This document shows positions 20,206 through 29,324 of a stretch of 64,000 nucleotides of DNA, one piece after another. The stretch lies in assembly GCA_964384425.1 (NCBI GenBank), contig CAYLKE010000004.1, forward strand, positions 6,511-70,510, written 5' to 3'. The stretch comes from an uncultured Methanosarcinales archaeon. GTDB lineage: Archaea > Nanobdellota > Nanobdellia > Woesearchaeales > JAGLXL01. Every line of letters starts with the position of its first letter. Position 1 is the first letter of the stretch. A program made the position numbers and the translations under genes. The notes under the pieces were generated by a model. The model saw only the letters and a program-made list of their open reading frames with translations. It was not told the origin of the DNA and searched no databases.

Positions 20206-20343
20206 AATTAAATAATAGTTTTATTTTTTATAAAACATGTGGTTCGCATCATACTCATCGCATCTTTCACACATCCACAATATTAATAAATAGGCACATA
20301 TTATTTTTTTACTTATATTAATCAAAAATAGGAGGGGATAAAT

Positions 20344-21069
20344 ATGGAAGAAAATATGAACAATATTAATGAAAATACAGATGATTATGAAGACATTATT
20401 GTTGAGGAAGATCTTAATGATTCTGAAGAAAATTCTGGAGGAAGAATTCCTTTGTTAGGAGATTATTTTCCAGATGTTGAAGTACAGACAACACATGGGA
20501 CAATGACATTACCTGATGTATATGAAGGAAAATGGTTTGTGCTTTTTAGTCATCCAGCAGATTTCACACCTGTTTGTACAACTGAATTCGTTGCTTTTCA
20601 GAAAAGATATGATCAGTTTAAAGCATTAAATTGTGAATTAATTGGATTGAGTATTGACCAAGTTTTTTCACATATCAAATGGAAAGAATGGATCAAAGAT
20701 AAATTACAAGTAGATATTCAATTCCCTATAATTGCAGATAATGGGGATCTTGCTGAAGAATTAGGATTAGTGCATCCTGGAAAAGGAACAAATACTGTCA
20801 GAGCTGTATTTGTAGTTGACTCAAAAGGTATTATTAGAACAATATTATATTATCCTCAAGAACTAGGAAGAAATATGGATGAGATTGTAAGAGTTGTCAA
20901 AGGATTACAAAAAACAGATAATGAGAAAATAGCTCTTCCTGCAAATTGGCCTAATAATGAATTGATACAGGATAAGGTAATTATTCCACCACCAACTTCA
21001 GAAAAGGAAGTTGCAGAAAGAAAACAACAGTATCCAAATTGTTTAGACTGGTGGTTCTGTTATAAATAA
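20344..21069 (+). CDS. Peroxiredoxin (Prx6/1-Cys-like archaeal type with C-terminal Cys pair), with a ~35-aa acidic N-terminal extension
   Basis: GGAGGGG Shine-Dalgarno upstream. Peroxidatic-Cys motif FTPVCTTE. The C-terminal …CLDWWFCYK Cys pair is typical of archaeal Prx. Confidence 0.85.
   Translation: MEENMNNINENTDDYEDIIVEEDLNDSEENSGGRIPLLGDYFPDVEVQTTHGTMTLPDVYEGKWFVLFSHPADFTPVCTTEFVAFQKRYDQFKALNCELIGLSIDQVFSHIKWKEWIKDKLQVDIQFPIIADNGDLAEELGLVHPGKGTNTVRAVFVVDSKGIIRTILYYPQELGRNMDEIVRVVKGLQKTDNEKIALPANWPNNELIQDKVIIPPPTSEKEVAERKQQYPNCLDWWFCYK
21039..21069. repeat. Copy 1 of a 31-bp direct repeat (ttgtttagactggtggttctgttataaataa), the 3' end of the peroxiredoxin gene
   Basis: Identical to 21928-21958 except for one mismatch. 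Confidence 0.7.
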
Positions 21070-21145
21070 TTATTTTTTTTATTTTTAATATACAAAAAAT
21101 TTAAATAGTACATTGTATTACATTGTAACACAAAGGGTTTATACA

Positions 21146-21409
21146 ATGGAAACACTATCTATAAGATTTCAAGAAAATATTATGAAGAAAATTGATTCAG
21201 TAATAAAAAGCAATTTCTTTAATTCTAGAACTGAGTTTGTTAGAGAAGCTGTTAGAGATAAATTATCTGAATTAGAGAAAGAATGGGCTATTAATGAATT
21301 TTTAAAATTACATGGAAGTATTAAAAGAAAAACAAATAAGACTGATAGACAAATAAGAGAACAAGTCAGTAAAGAAATGTTAGCTGAATTAGAAAAAAAG
21401 TTTGGTTAA
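21146..21409 (+). CDS. Ribbon-helix-helix (CopG/RHH) DNA-binding protein, antitoxin-like
   Basis: The N-terminus (METLSIRFQENIMKKID…SRTEFVREAVRDKL) fits a beta-strand plus two helices RHH fold. AAGGG Shine-Dalgarno-like 9 nt upstream of the ATG at 21146; the track ORF starts at a TTG at 21113. Confidence 0.55.
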   Translation: METLSIRFQENIMKKIDSVIKSNFFNSRTEFVREAVRDKLSELEKEWAINEFLKLHGSIKRKTNKTDRQIREQVSKEMLAELEKKFG

Positions 21410-21443
21410 ATTTCTTCTGGTCTCTTTGCTTTAGTTATGTCAT

Positions 21444-21824
21444 TTAGATAATTAAAAAATGTTTATCTCTTGTAATCATTATTGCATTGTTATCTCTAGC
21501 TTGAATTGCATACAAACAATCTCCTAAAGGAAGATTTCTTTTTATTGAAAGATTTTTAGCTTCTTTAAATGTCTTTTCACTAATTTCTATTTTAATTATT
21601 TTGCCAGAAATAAATAATAAATTTAACATATAATTAATGTCTTGTTCAGAATATGTTGTTTTTAATTCTTTTATGGTTGTATTAGAAAATAATATTTTAT
21701 TTTTTGATTTAATTATCTTATTGATTAGTGCAGTTGCATATTGCCCTATTGGATTTCCTACTAAACTAATTCTGTTTTCAAAAAAGTCCATCCAAATACA
21801 TGTATCTAATAAATATTTTCTCAT
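21444..21824 (-). CDS. PIN-domain protein (VapC-like ribonuclease toxin)
   Basis: N-terminal LLDTCIWMDFF… with acidic residues spaced as in PIN domains, and a C-terminal …ITRDKHF. Confidence 0.55.
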   Translation of the reverse strand: MRKYLLDTCIWMDFFENRISLVGNPIGQYATALINKIIKSKNKILFSNTTIKELKTTYSEQDINYMLNLLFISGKIIKIEISEKTFKEAKNLSIKRNLPLGDCLYAIQARDNNAIMITRDKHFLII

Positions 21825-21927
21825 GTAAGAAAAAGAATATTTTAACTTATAAATGCTACACGAGGACTTGTCTAGTGTGTCCAGTGTATATTTCTGGAAA
21901 GAATAGAATATTTTTAATAAAAAATAT

Positions 21928-21958
21928 TTGTTTAGACTGGTGGTTTTGTTATAAATAA
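21928..21958. repeat. Copy 2 of the 31-bp direct repeat (ttgtttagactggtggttttgttataaataa)
   Basis: Matches the last 31 nt of the prx gene, including its stop codon, 858 bp downstream. Confidence 0.7.
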
Positions 21959-21990
21959 GTTTTTAAACTTCTTTTTCTTTTTATTATTTT

Positions 21991-22335
21991 ATGAAAAAGA
22001 AAAATAAAATAATTTTATTTTCTGTATTATTGATTGTGGTTTTAATATTAATTAGTTTTTTTAGTTTTAGATTAATTAATAGATATGACAATTATATAAA
22101 ACATAAAGATTTTTTTAAACAAGATAATGTCCATATAGAGTCTTGGATGGCAGTTAGTGTTGTTAAAAATAAATTCAATTTAAGTAATCAAGATTTATTT
22201 GAAGACTACAATATTGAAGATAAATTTTGGTATAATAGATACACTCTTGATGAGATATGTGAAAAATTTAATTTGGATTGTGAAAAATACGTTGAAGAAC
22301 TTAATCAAAAAGTAAAGGAAAAGAAAAATGATTGA
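21991..22335 (+). CDS. Small membrane-anchored hypothetical protein
   Basis: 114 aa with an N-terminal transmembrane helix, then a charged domain. Confidence 0.45.
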   Translation: MKKKNKIILFSVLLIVVLILISFFSFRLINRYDNYIKHKDFFKQDNVHIESWMAVSVVKNKFNLSNQDLFEDYNIEDKFWYNRYTLDEICEKFNLDCEKYVEELNQKVKEKKND

Positions 22336-22337
22336 AA

Positions 22338-22949
22338 ATGGTTGAAATTCTTTCTTTTACATTGGCAGGTATAGGAGCATTGGCATTATTTTTTCTAATA
22401 GTTTATGCTGCTTCTTTTGCAATACCAACAGGTGCAATGTTTTTTATTATATCATTAGGAGCATCTTTAATATCTTTCATAGATTATTTTTGGGTTGTAT
22501 TGATTACATTACTTGCAACTATTGCAGGAGATATTTCAACATATTTAGTTTCTAGAATTTTTAGAGAAAAGATTCATGGTTTTTTAAGTAAATACAAATG
22601 GTTTCTAAAAAGAGAAAAAGAAGCACAAAGACAATACCATAAACATGGTGCTTATGCAGTTTTCATAACCAGATTTTTTGCTGCTCCTATTGGTCCTTTT
22701 CTTAATTATATAAGTGGTTTTCAAAAATTAAAATTTAGAAAATTTTTTGTTGCAGTTGTGAGTGGAGAGATAATTTATTCTGCTTCATATGTAGGATTTG
22801 GATTTTTCTTTAAAGAGACATGGAGAGATTTGATTGTATTGGTAAATGATTTTACAATATTATTTGTTTTGATTGTTGTGTTGGGTTTTATATTGTATAA
22901 ATTACTTGGATATTGTAGGAGAAAGAAAAAATGCAAGATAAAAAAATAA
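22338..22949 (+). CDS. DedA/VTT (SNARE-associated Golgi protein)-family membrane protein
   Basis: Polytopic protein whose motifs YHKHGAYAVFITRFFAAPIGPFLNYISGFQ resemble DedA family signatures. ATG at 22338 lies immediately after the upstream stop; the track start at 22332 is a TTG. Confidence 0.5.
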   Translation: MVEILSFTLAGIGALALFFLIVYAASFAIPTGAMFFIISLGASLISFIDYFWVVLITLLATIAGDISTYLVSRIFREKIHGFLSKYKWFLKREKEAQRQYHKHGAYAVFITRFFAAPIGPFLNYISGFQKLKFRKFFVAVVSGEIIYSASYVGFGFFFKETWRDLIVLVNDFTILFVLIVVLGFILYKLLGYCRRKKKCKIKK

Positions 22950-23581
22950 ATATTGTATTAAAAAAATTAAATAAATTTGTTTCTAAGTTTAGACTGCCAT
23001 TAGGAGAGACAATTAAAAATAAACATAAATATGCTTTTCATGTTTTAGTTTCTACAATATTATCTGCGCAAACAAAAGATACTTTGAATGAGAGAGTTCT
23101 TCCAATCTTATTTAAGAAAGTTAAGAACTTTAAAGATCTTGAAAAGATTTCTCTTTCTGATTTGCAGTCGATAATTAGACCAATTAATTATTACAAAAAT
23201 AAATCCAAATACTTGAAAGCACTTCCTTCTGCTATTAAAGAATTTAAAGGAAAAGTTCCTGATAACATTGATGATCTGGTTAAGCTACCTGGTGTAGGAA
23301 GAAAGACAGCAAACTTAGTTGTAGGATTAGTATTTGATAAAGATAGTATTTGTGTGGATACACATGTTCACAGAATTTGTAATAGATTAGGATATGTTGA
23401 AACAAAAACTCCATTACAGACAGAGATGGCTTTGAGAAAGAAGCTTCCTAAAAAATGGTGGAAAGATATTAATAGAATTCTAGTTATGTTTGGACAGAAT
23501 CATTGTTTTCCTAGAAATCCTAAATGTAAAACTTGCCCTGTTCGTATGTATTGTAAATATAAGAAAGAAAAATCATATTAA
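22931..23581 (+). CDS. nth: Endonuclease III (HhH-GPD DNA glycosylase/AP lyase with [4Fe-4S] cluster)
   Basis: HhH-GPD motif LPGVGRKTANLVVG…VDTHVHRI and C-terminal Cys-x6-Cys-x2-Cys-x5-Cys (CFPRNPKCKTCPVRMYC). Confidence 0.85.
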   Translation: MQDKKINIVLKKLNKFVSKFRLPLGETIKNKHKYAFHVLVSTILSAQTKDTLNERVLPILFKKVKNFKDLEKISLSDLQSIIRPINYYKNKSKYLKALPSAIKEFKGKVPDNIDDLVKLPGVGRKTANLVVGLVFDKDSICVDTHVHRICNRLGYVETKTPLQTEMALRKKLPKKWWKDINRILVMFGQNHCFPRNPKCKTCPVRMYCKYKKEKSY

Positions 23582-23704
23582 TTTCTAAATATTGATGATT
23601 TTTTAGATGCAATCAAAAAAATTTAAATCAACTACCATAAAACCACAATCTTTAAAACAAAGAGGTAATTTTTTACTAGATTTTACTAAAAAAGGAGAGG
23701 CAAA

Positions 23705-24292
23705 ATGGAACAATACAAAATAACACCAAATCACATAGCTAACATAATAAAAGACGAGAAATTCTTAAAAAATACAAAAGATTTATCTAATTCAGATGGA
23801 CTTATCTATGTTTTACAGCAAGCTTTTACTGAAAATTTTGAAGTAAGTCCGGTAATAAATAAAATCGAACAATTAAATGGGTATCATCAAAGATTTTGCA
23901 TGGATCTGGAATTTAAATCTAAAAATCCAGAATATGGCTTAATGTCTTGTTATCCTTTCAAAAGGGACGGAGATCTTGTTTTTTCAGGTATTTTTCCACT
24001 TTCTGGACCTTATAAAAAAGAAATAAAAAGAAGAAATAAAACATTAGAAATAAATCCTTTTAGTTGTGGTGTTTATAATGAAGATGGGTTTAATTTAATT
24101 TTAATGCAAACTGATGAAGCCACAAATTATCTTCCATCAAATATCATATTGGAAAAAAATTCTTCTTATGAAAAAGTTAAAGAAAAATTAAAAAGTATTT
24201 TTGAAGAAAGAAAAATTAATTTTGCATTTATTAATCCTGATGAAGATAAAAGAAATATAGAAAAAAAATTGGAAGTTTTTAATTACTCTTAA
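23705..24292 (+). CDS. Hypothetical cytoplasmic protein (195 aa)
   Basis: GGAGAGG Shine-Dalgarno upstream. No recognisable motif. Confidence 0.45.
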   Translation: MEQYKITPNHIANIIKDEKFLKNTKDLSNSDGLIYVLQQAFTENFEVSPVINKIEQLNGYHQRFCMDLEFKSKNPEYGLMSCYPFKRDGDLVFSGIFPLSGPYKKEIKRRNKTLEINPFSCGVYNEDGFNLILMQTDEATNYLPSNIILEKNSSYEKVKEKLKSIFEERKINFAFINPDEDKRNIEKKLEVFNYS

Positions 24293-24681
24293 ACAAAAAC
24301 AACTAATCTATTGAAATAGTAATTTACAACTGACAAAGACATGTTTGTTCCAATTATTGTGGAAAGATATGGAAAATTATATCCTTCAACCAATGCAAAT
24401 GAAAAACTCCAACATAAAATTGCAATAATTGTTGTAAACACAAAAAATATTGGATAAGCAGGAGTGTCTATTTTTTTAACTCTAAATGTTATACTATAAT
24501 GGTATGTAAATAAAAACAATGTACCTACTGTTAATGCAAATATATACGAAAACATAGGTTCCATATCTAAAAACTTAACAAGACTTAAAAGAATAGTAAT
24601 TTCTAATACATATCCTATTCCTCCTCCTGTTAAGAATCTTAAAAATCTGTTTTGTGATAATCTTAATATCAAATTATACAT
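24289..24681 (-). CDS. GtrA-like small 4-TM membrane protein
   Basis: 130 aa with four hydrophobic helices and an N-terminal FLRFLTGGGIGYVLEI motif typical of the GtrA family. Confidence 0.5.
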   Translation of the reverse strand: MYNLILRLSQNRFLRFLTGGGIGYVLEITILLSLVKFLDMEPMFSYIFALTVGTLFLFTYHYSITFRVKKIDTPAYPIFFVFTTIIAILCWSFSFALVEGYNFPYLSTIIGTNMSLSVVNYYFNRLVVFV

Positions 24682-24779
24682 AATCTTATTTTAGAATTTG
24701 CATTTATTAATCTTTTTATTGTTATTTTTAAATAAAAGGTAAATCTTATAAATAAACTAAATACAATAATAAACAAAAG

Positions 24780-25595
24780 ATGTGTGATAAACTTAAGAAA
24801 AGAACCCATGATATCATGGAGAAAGCTCAAAAAGGAGATGTTTCAAGTAAGATATTCGATATATTTATTATTTTATTAATATCTTCAAATGTCTTAGCTG
24901 TTATTCTGGGGACTGTAAAAAGTTTTTCACAATATAATTACTACTTTCATGTTTTTGAAACTGTATCTGTTGTTGTATTTACAATAGAATATGTATTGAG
25001 ATTATGGTCTTCTACATCAGACAAAAGATATAGGGGTTGGTTTATAGGAAGAGTGCGTTATTTTTTCACTCCTCTTGCAATAATAGATCTTTTAGCAATA
25101 TTGCCTTTTTATATTCCTATGGTATTGCCTTTAGACCTTAGATTTTTAAGAGTTGTAAGGTTGATAAGAATATTTAGATTGTTTAAGATAGGTAGATATT
25201 CAAAATCTTTTGATATATTTAGAAGAGTACTAAAATCAAAAAAAGAACAATTGTTGATAACGCTTTTTATGGTATTCATATTACTTACATTATCTTCGAG
25301 TTTTATTTATTATGCAGAACATAAAGTGCAACCAGATACTTTTTCTGATATACCTTCATCTTATTGGTGGAGTATTGTAACTCTTGCAACTGTAGGTTAT
25401 GGTGATGCAATACCTGTGACTTCAGTAGGTAAGATAGTGGGTATGTTTGTGTCTCTTTTAGGAATAGGTATGTTTGCATTACCTGCAGGTATTCTTGGAA
25501 GTGGGTTTTTTGATGAGATACAGAAGAGAAAAACTATTAAATGTCCTCATTGTGGTAAAAGAATAAGAAAAAAAGATCATATAATAAAAAAATGA
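24780..25595 (+). CDS. Voltage-gated-type (6TM) potassium channel with C-terminal CxxC tail
   Basis: S4-like arginine ladder RFLRVVRLIRIFRLFKIGR. Pore helix plus selectivity filter TVGYGD. Confidence 0.8.
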   Translation: MCDKLKKRTHDIMEKAQKGDVSSKIFDIFIILLISSNVLAVILGTVKSFSQYNYYFHVFETVSVVVFTIEYVLRLWSSTSDKRYRGWFIGRVRYFFTPLAIIDLLAILPFYIPMVLPLDLRFLRVVRLIRIFRLFKIGRYSKSFDIFRRVLKSKKEQLLITLFMVFILLTLSSSFIYYAEHKVQPDTFSDIPSSYWWSIVTLATVGYGDAIPVTSVGKIVGMFVSLLGIGMFALPAGILGSGFFDEIQKRKTIKCPHCGKRIRKKDHIIKK

Positions 25596-25608
25596 TTATG
25601 CAATTAAA

Positions 25609-26649
25609 ATGGGAGTAAATATAAGAGATTTAGTTGATATAAAAGAAATAGAAATTGATGAACTTAGAGGAAAAATTCTTGCTATGGATGCATATAATAA
25701 TCTCTATCAATATCTAACAACAATTCGGCAATATGATGGGACACCTTTGATGGATAAAAAAGGTAGAATAACATCTCATCTAAATGGATTATTTTATCGT
25801 CTATGTTCTTTAATGCAGAAAAAACTGAAATTTATTTTTATATTTGATGGAAAACCACCTGAATTAAAAATAAAGGAATTAGAAAGTAGAAAAAAAAGAA
25901 AAAAGATTGCACAAGAGAAATTAAGAATAGCTTTTGAAGAAAAAGATACAGATGCAATGAAAAAGTTTTCTGCAAGAACTGTAAAGATAACATCTGAGAT
26001 TGTAGATGATGCAAAGAAACTTCTTGATGCACTAGGTGTACCTTATATAACAGCTCCTTCAGAAGGAGAATCTGAAGCAACAGAACTTGTAAAAAAAGGA
26101 AAAGCTTATGCTTGTGTATCACAAGATTTTGATACTTTATTATTCGGATGTCCTTATGTTGTTAGAAATTTATCTCTTGAACAGAAAAAAAGAGTTAGTG
26201 GAAAAATAGGAAAAGTAAAAGTTAAACCTCAATTTATATCTCTTTCAAAATCTCTTAATAAAATGGGTATTGATCAGGAGAAATTGATTGTGTTGGGTAT
26301 TCTTGTTGGAACAGATTATAATCCCGGAGGAATATCTGGCATAGGTCCTAAAAAAGGATTAAAAGCAGTTAAAGAATGCAATAATTTTGATGATTATGAT
26401 AAACTTTTTGAAAAATTAGAATGGGATAAATATTTTGATTTTTCTTGGAAAGAAGTTTTTGATTTAATTAAGAACATGCCTCATCATGATAAATTTGATA
26501 TTAATTTCAAAAAAATAGATGGTGAAAAAGTTGTTCAGTTGTTGGTTGAGGAACATGACTTTTCAGAGGATAGGGTTAGAAGTGTTTTAGATAAAACAAA
26601 GAAAGCATTAGGTTATGGACAACCTTCACTTAATAAATGGTTTGGATAA
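25609..26649 (+). CDS. fen: Flap endonuclease 1 (FEN-1), archaeal
   Basis: XPG N/I domain motifs (AMDAYN…, GKPPELK, SQDFDTLLFG, GIGPKKG) and a C-terminal PCNA-interacting QPSLNKWF motif. Confidence 0.85.
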   Translation: MGVNIRDLVDIKEIEIDELRGKILAMDAYNNLYQYLTTIRQYDGTPLMDKKGRITSHLNGLFYRLCSLMQKKLKFIFIFDGKPPELKIKELESRKKRKKIAQEKLRIAFEEKDTDAMKKFSARTVKITSEIVDDAKKLLDALGVPYITAPSEGESEATELVKKGKAYACVSQDFDTLLFGCPYVVRNLSLEQKKRVSGKIGKVKVKPQFISLSKSLNKMGIDQEKLIVLGILVGTDYNPGGISGIGPKKGLKAVKECNNFDDYDKLFEKLEWDKYFDFSWKEVFDLIKNMPHHDKFDINFKKIDGEKVVQLLVEEHDFSEDRVRSVLDKTKKALGYGQPSLNKWFG

Positions 26650-26660
26650 GCTAGAATAAA

Positions 26661-27884
26661 ATGAAAAATACAATAAAACTTTCTGAAAAAGAAAAAAAAC
26701 TATTGCCTTCATCATTTGATATGTTGGGAGATATGATTATTGTAGAGATTCCTGAAGAACTTATCAAAAAAGAAAAATTAATTGGAGAATATCTTTTGAA
26801 GAAAAATAAAGTAAAATCTGTGTTTAAGAAATCATCACATTTTTCAGGAGTCTATAGGACGAGAAAATTGCGTTTGTTGGCTGGAGAGAATGTTAAAGAA
26901 TCTTATTATAAAGAGAATGGTGCTATTCTTAGAGTAAATGGAGAAAAGGTTTATTTTTCAACACGATTGGCAAATGAAAGATTGCGAATAGGAAAAGCTG
27001 TTAAGAAAAATGAAAATGTCCTTATTATGTTTGCCGGATGTGCTCCTTATTTAGGGAGTATAGGAAAAAATTCAGATTACAGATTTATGTGTGGGATAGA
27101 AATAAATCCTTATGGTGTGTGGTTAGGACATCATAATATCAAAATAAATAAATTAAAGAATTCTATTATGTTAAATGGAGATGTAAGGGAAGTAATGCCA
27201 AAGTTAGAAAAGTATTTTGAAAAGAAAATCTATAAGCAAGAACATATTGTATTAGATAAGAAAGATACAAATTCACAATTTATAGTTGTTGAAGATCCAA
27301 CTAAAATCAAAAAAAGAATATTAAAGGATTTTTCTGTTAATTTTGTTATTCCTTATTTTGATTCATTAAGTTTTAGAACAATTGTAAAAGTATTAAGAGA
27401 TAGACATAAAGAATTTGGTATGGAATATTCAGATATTAGAGAGAGGATATATGTTTTGACTGATAATGTGAGTGAGGATGTTAAGAAGAGTATGGAATAT
27501 AATAAAATCAAAAATGTAATTCTTGAAAATGAAAAAGATAAAAAACATTTTGATATAAAAGAATATAATATTCATTTATTTGATGGAAAAAGAATAAATT
27601 TATTTCCTTTTCATGAAAAGTATTTTGACAGGATAGCAATGCCTCTTCCAATGACAGGAGAGGAGTTTTTAGATGTAGCTGTTACTCGTCTTAAAAACAA
27701 AGGAATTATTCATCTCTATGCATTTGAACATAAAGATGAATATGTTAAAATCATGAAAGATAGAATTGCCAAGTATTTAGGAAAATCAAAATATCAGTAT
27801 AAGATAAAACAAATAAAAGAATGTGGTGCATTTTCTCCAACTACAGTAAGAGTTGTTGCAGATATAAAAGTAATGAAGAAATAG
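26661..27884 (+). CDS. Trm5/Taw2-family tRNA (m1G37/wyosine) methyltransferase with a ~150-aa insertion between the GDaRE-like and NLP-like motifs
   Basis: Motifs VLIMFAGCAPY, IEINPYGVWLGHHNIKIN, GDVREV and …DRIAMPLP…GIIHLYAF are collinear with Trm5 MTase motifs. The extra segment spans about aa 180-320. Confidence 0.6.
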   Translation: MKNTIKLSEKEKKLLPSSFDMLGDMIIVEIPEELIKKEKLIGEYLLKKNKVKSVFKKSSHFSGVYRTRKLRLLAGENVKESYYKENGAILRVNGEKVYFSTRLANERLRIGKAVKKNENVLIMFAGCAPYLGSIGKNSDYRFMCGIEINPYGVWLGHHNIKINKLKNSIMLNGDVREVMPKLEKYFEKKIYKQEHIVLDKKDTNSQFIVVEDPTKIKKRILKDFSVNFVIPYFDSLSFRTIVKVLRDRHKEFGMEYSDIRERIYVLTDNVSEDVKKSMEYNKIKNVILENEKDKKHFDIKEYNIHLFDGKRINLFPFHEKYFDRIAMPLPMTGEEFLDVAVTRLKNKGIIHLYAFEHKDEYVKIMKDRIAKYLGKSKYQYKIKQIKECGAFSPTTVRVVADIKVMKK

Positions 27885-27990
27885 TTTTTGAATAATTTCT
27901 AATTTCATTAATTTTATTAGAAAGATTTATAAATATATAAATATATACAATAATATATATAAGTTTATATAAAAATTATAAGGAGATTAT

Positions 27991-28257
27991 ATGAAAACTA
28001 AAACACAATTAATACACTATCCTAATCTAAAAACTGTTTTGATGGTTGAAGAAACTTTAATGAAGTCAAGTAGTTTATTAACAAGAGAAGAATTGAAAAA
28101 TAAACTACCTAAAAAAATAATGCACCAAACACTTAATGTTATTTTAAGTTATCTTGAAAAAAGTGGTAAAATTATTGATGGTAGAAAAGGAATTTTGTGG
28201 ATATATAATAAAAGTAAAAAATTAGAAAAAGCTATTTCTTTAGGAGTAGAATTATGA
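27991..28257 (+). CDS. Putative antitoxin (small winged-helix-like protein) of a RelE/ParE-type pair
   Basis: AGGAG Shine-Dalgarno upstream. 88 aa. 4-nt ATGA overlap with the downstream toxin-like gene. Confidence 0.4.
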   Translation: MKTKTQLIHYPNLKTVLMVEETLMKSSSLLTREELKNKLPKKIMHQTLNVILSYLEKSGKIIDGRKGILWIYNKSKKLEKAISLGVEL

Positions 28258-28634
28258 AGTTTAATGATAAAATCATTAAGATAGTAATTACTGGACATGC
28301 TAAAGAGGAATTTGAAAAATTAAATGAAATTGTTGGGCAGGAAATCACAAAAGGAATTTCAGGAAGTAATTATCAAACTTTATTTAATTCAATAAAAGAC
28401 AAAATAAAATTATTAAAGAAAAATCCTCAATTTGGTGTACATGTTAGTAAAAACAAAATTCCTAAATCATATATCCAAAAATATGATGTTAACAATATTT
28501 GGAAAGTAAATTTGGCTGGTGCATGGAGGATGATATATACTTTGAGAGGGGATAAAGTAGAAATAATTTCATTAATTTTAGATATTATTAATCATAAGGA
28601 TTATGAAAAAAAATTTAATTATAAGAAATCTTAA
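28254..28634 (+). CDS. RelE/ParE-superfamily toxin-like protein
   Basis: C-terminal …WKVNLAGAWRMIYTLRGDKVEIISLILDIINHKDY fits the RelE/ParE pattern (R…YR.iY.…v.il.i.H+.dY). Confidence 0.5.
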   Translation: MKFNDKIIKIVITGHAKEEFEKLNEIVGQEITKGISGSNYQTLFNSIKDKIKLLKKNPQFGVHVSKNKIPKSYIQKYDVNNIWKVNLAGAWRMIYTLRGDKVEIISLILDIINHKDYEKKFNYKKS

Positions 28635-28697
28635 TTTAAAATCTTCATAAACAAAATATATAAAAAAATATTTTCTATCTTTGTTTTTATAAAATTT

Positions 28698-29324
28698 TTA
28701 TGTCACTTCTATACTATCTTTATGAATATTCAGTCTTCCTTCTTTCTCGAAATATCTTAATATGAGATCAAATTCAACATCATCAATATCTTCACTACTA
28801 GACATTATCTTTAATTGATTGATAAGAATTATCCTTCCACCTGTCATTGCCATGTCATTTATTATTTTCATAAGTGTTGCAATTTTATCTTCATCAAGAT
28901 CATCAAACATATCATCTCTTTTAATAACTTTTTTTGGTTTTTTTGTAGTTTTTTTAGATTTACTTTTTTTCTGAGAAGTTTTAGTATTTTTCTTTTTATT
29001 GGTTTTTGTTTTCTTAGAACTTTTACGAGTTGTTTTCTTTTTATTTGTTTTTTTATTAGTTGGATTCTTTTCTATTGTCTTCTTTTTTACTGGTTTTTTC
29101 TTTGTTGTTGTTTTCTTTTTTGCTACTTTATTTATTGCTTTCTTTCTTGAGTCTTTCTTTTTGTCTGTTTTTTTATTTTTTGAACCTGTTTTTGTTTTTT
29201 TCTTATTAGAATTTTTATTTTTCACATTCTTTTTTTTAGTAGATGACTTATTGATTTTCTTTTTAGAAGATTTAGCTACAGGTTTTTTCTTTTTTCTTTT
29301 TGAAGTTTTTTTAGTAGGGGACAT
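28698..29324 (-). CDS. Histone-H1-like basic protein: ~135-aa Lys-rich low-complexity N-terminal tail + ~70-aa C-terminal globular (winged-helix-like) domain
   Basis: GAGGTGA Shine-Dalgarno 4-5 nt upstream of the ATG on the minus strand. Tail is about 45% Lys (KKTSKRKKKKPVAKSSKKK…). C-terminus is a compact acidic/hydrophobic domain (…LMKIINDMAMTGGRIILINQLKIM…FDLILRYFEKEGRL…). Confidence 0.6.
   Translation of the reverse strand: MSPTKKTSKRKKKKPVAKSSKKKINKSSTKKKNVKNKNSNKKKTKTGSKNKKTDKKKDSRKKAINKVAKKKTTTKKKPVKKKTIEKNPTNKKTNKKKTTRKSSKKTKTNKKKNTKTSQKKSKSKKTTKKPKKVIKRDDMFDDLDEDKIATLMKIINDMAMTGGRIILINQLKIMSSSEDIDDVEFDLILRYFEKEGRLNIHKDSIEVT

Larger units (their letters stand above)
21070..21927. mobile_element. 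Putative inserted ~0.86-kb cassette carrying convergent RHH and PIN genes, bracketed by the 31-bp duplication of the prx 3' end
   Basis: Direct repeats at 21039-21069 and 21928-21958 flank exactly the two toxin-antitoxin-like genes. No integrase is visible. Confidence 0.3.

Noticed and set aside
20206-20343. GC-richer patch (gtggttcgcatcatactcatcgcatc…) in a divergent intergenic region, checked as a possible tRNA
   Set aside because: No acceptor or T-arm complementarity and no GTTCRANYC-type T-loop. More likely promoter elements for the divergent genes.
21837-21900. Short hairpin-capable sequence (ggacttgtctagtgtgtcc), checked as a tRNA or small RNA
   Set aside because: Only a 4-bp stem and too short for a tRNA. 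It sits inside the putative inserted cassette downstream of the PIN gene and may simply be a terminator-like element.
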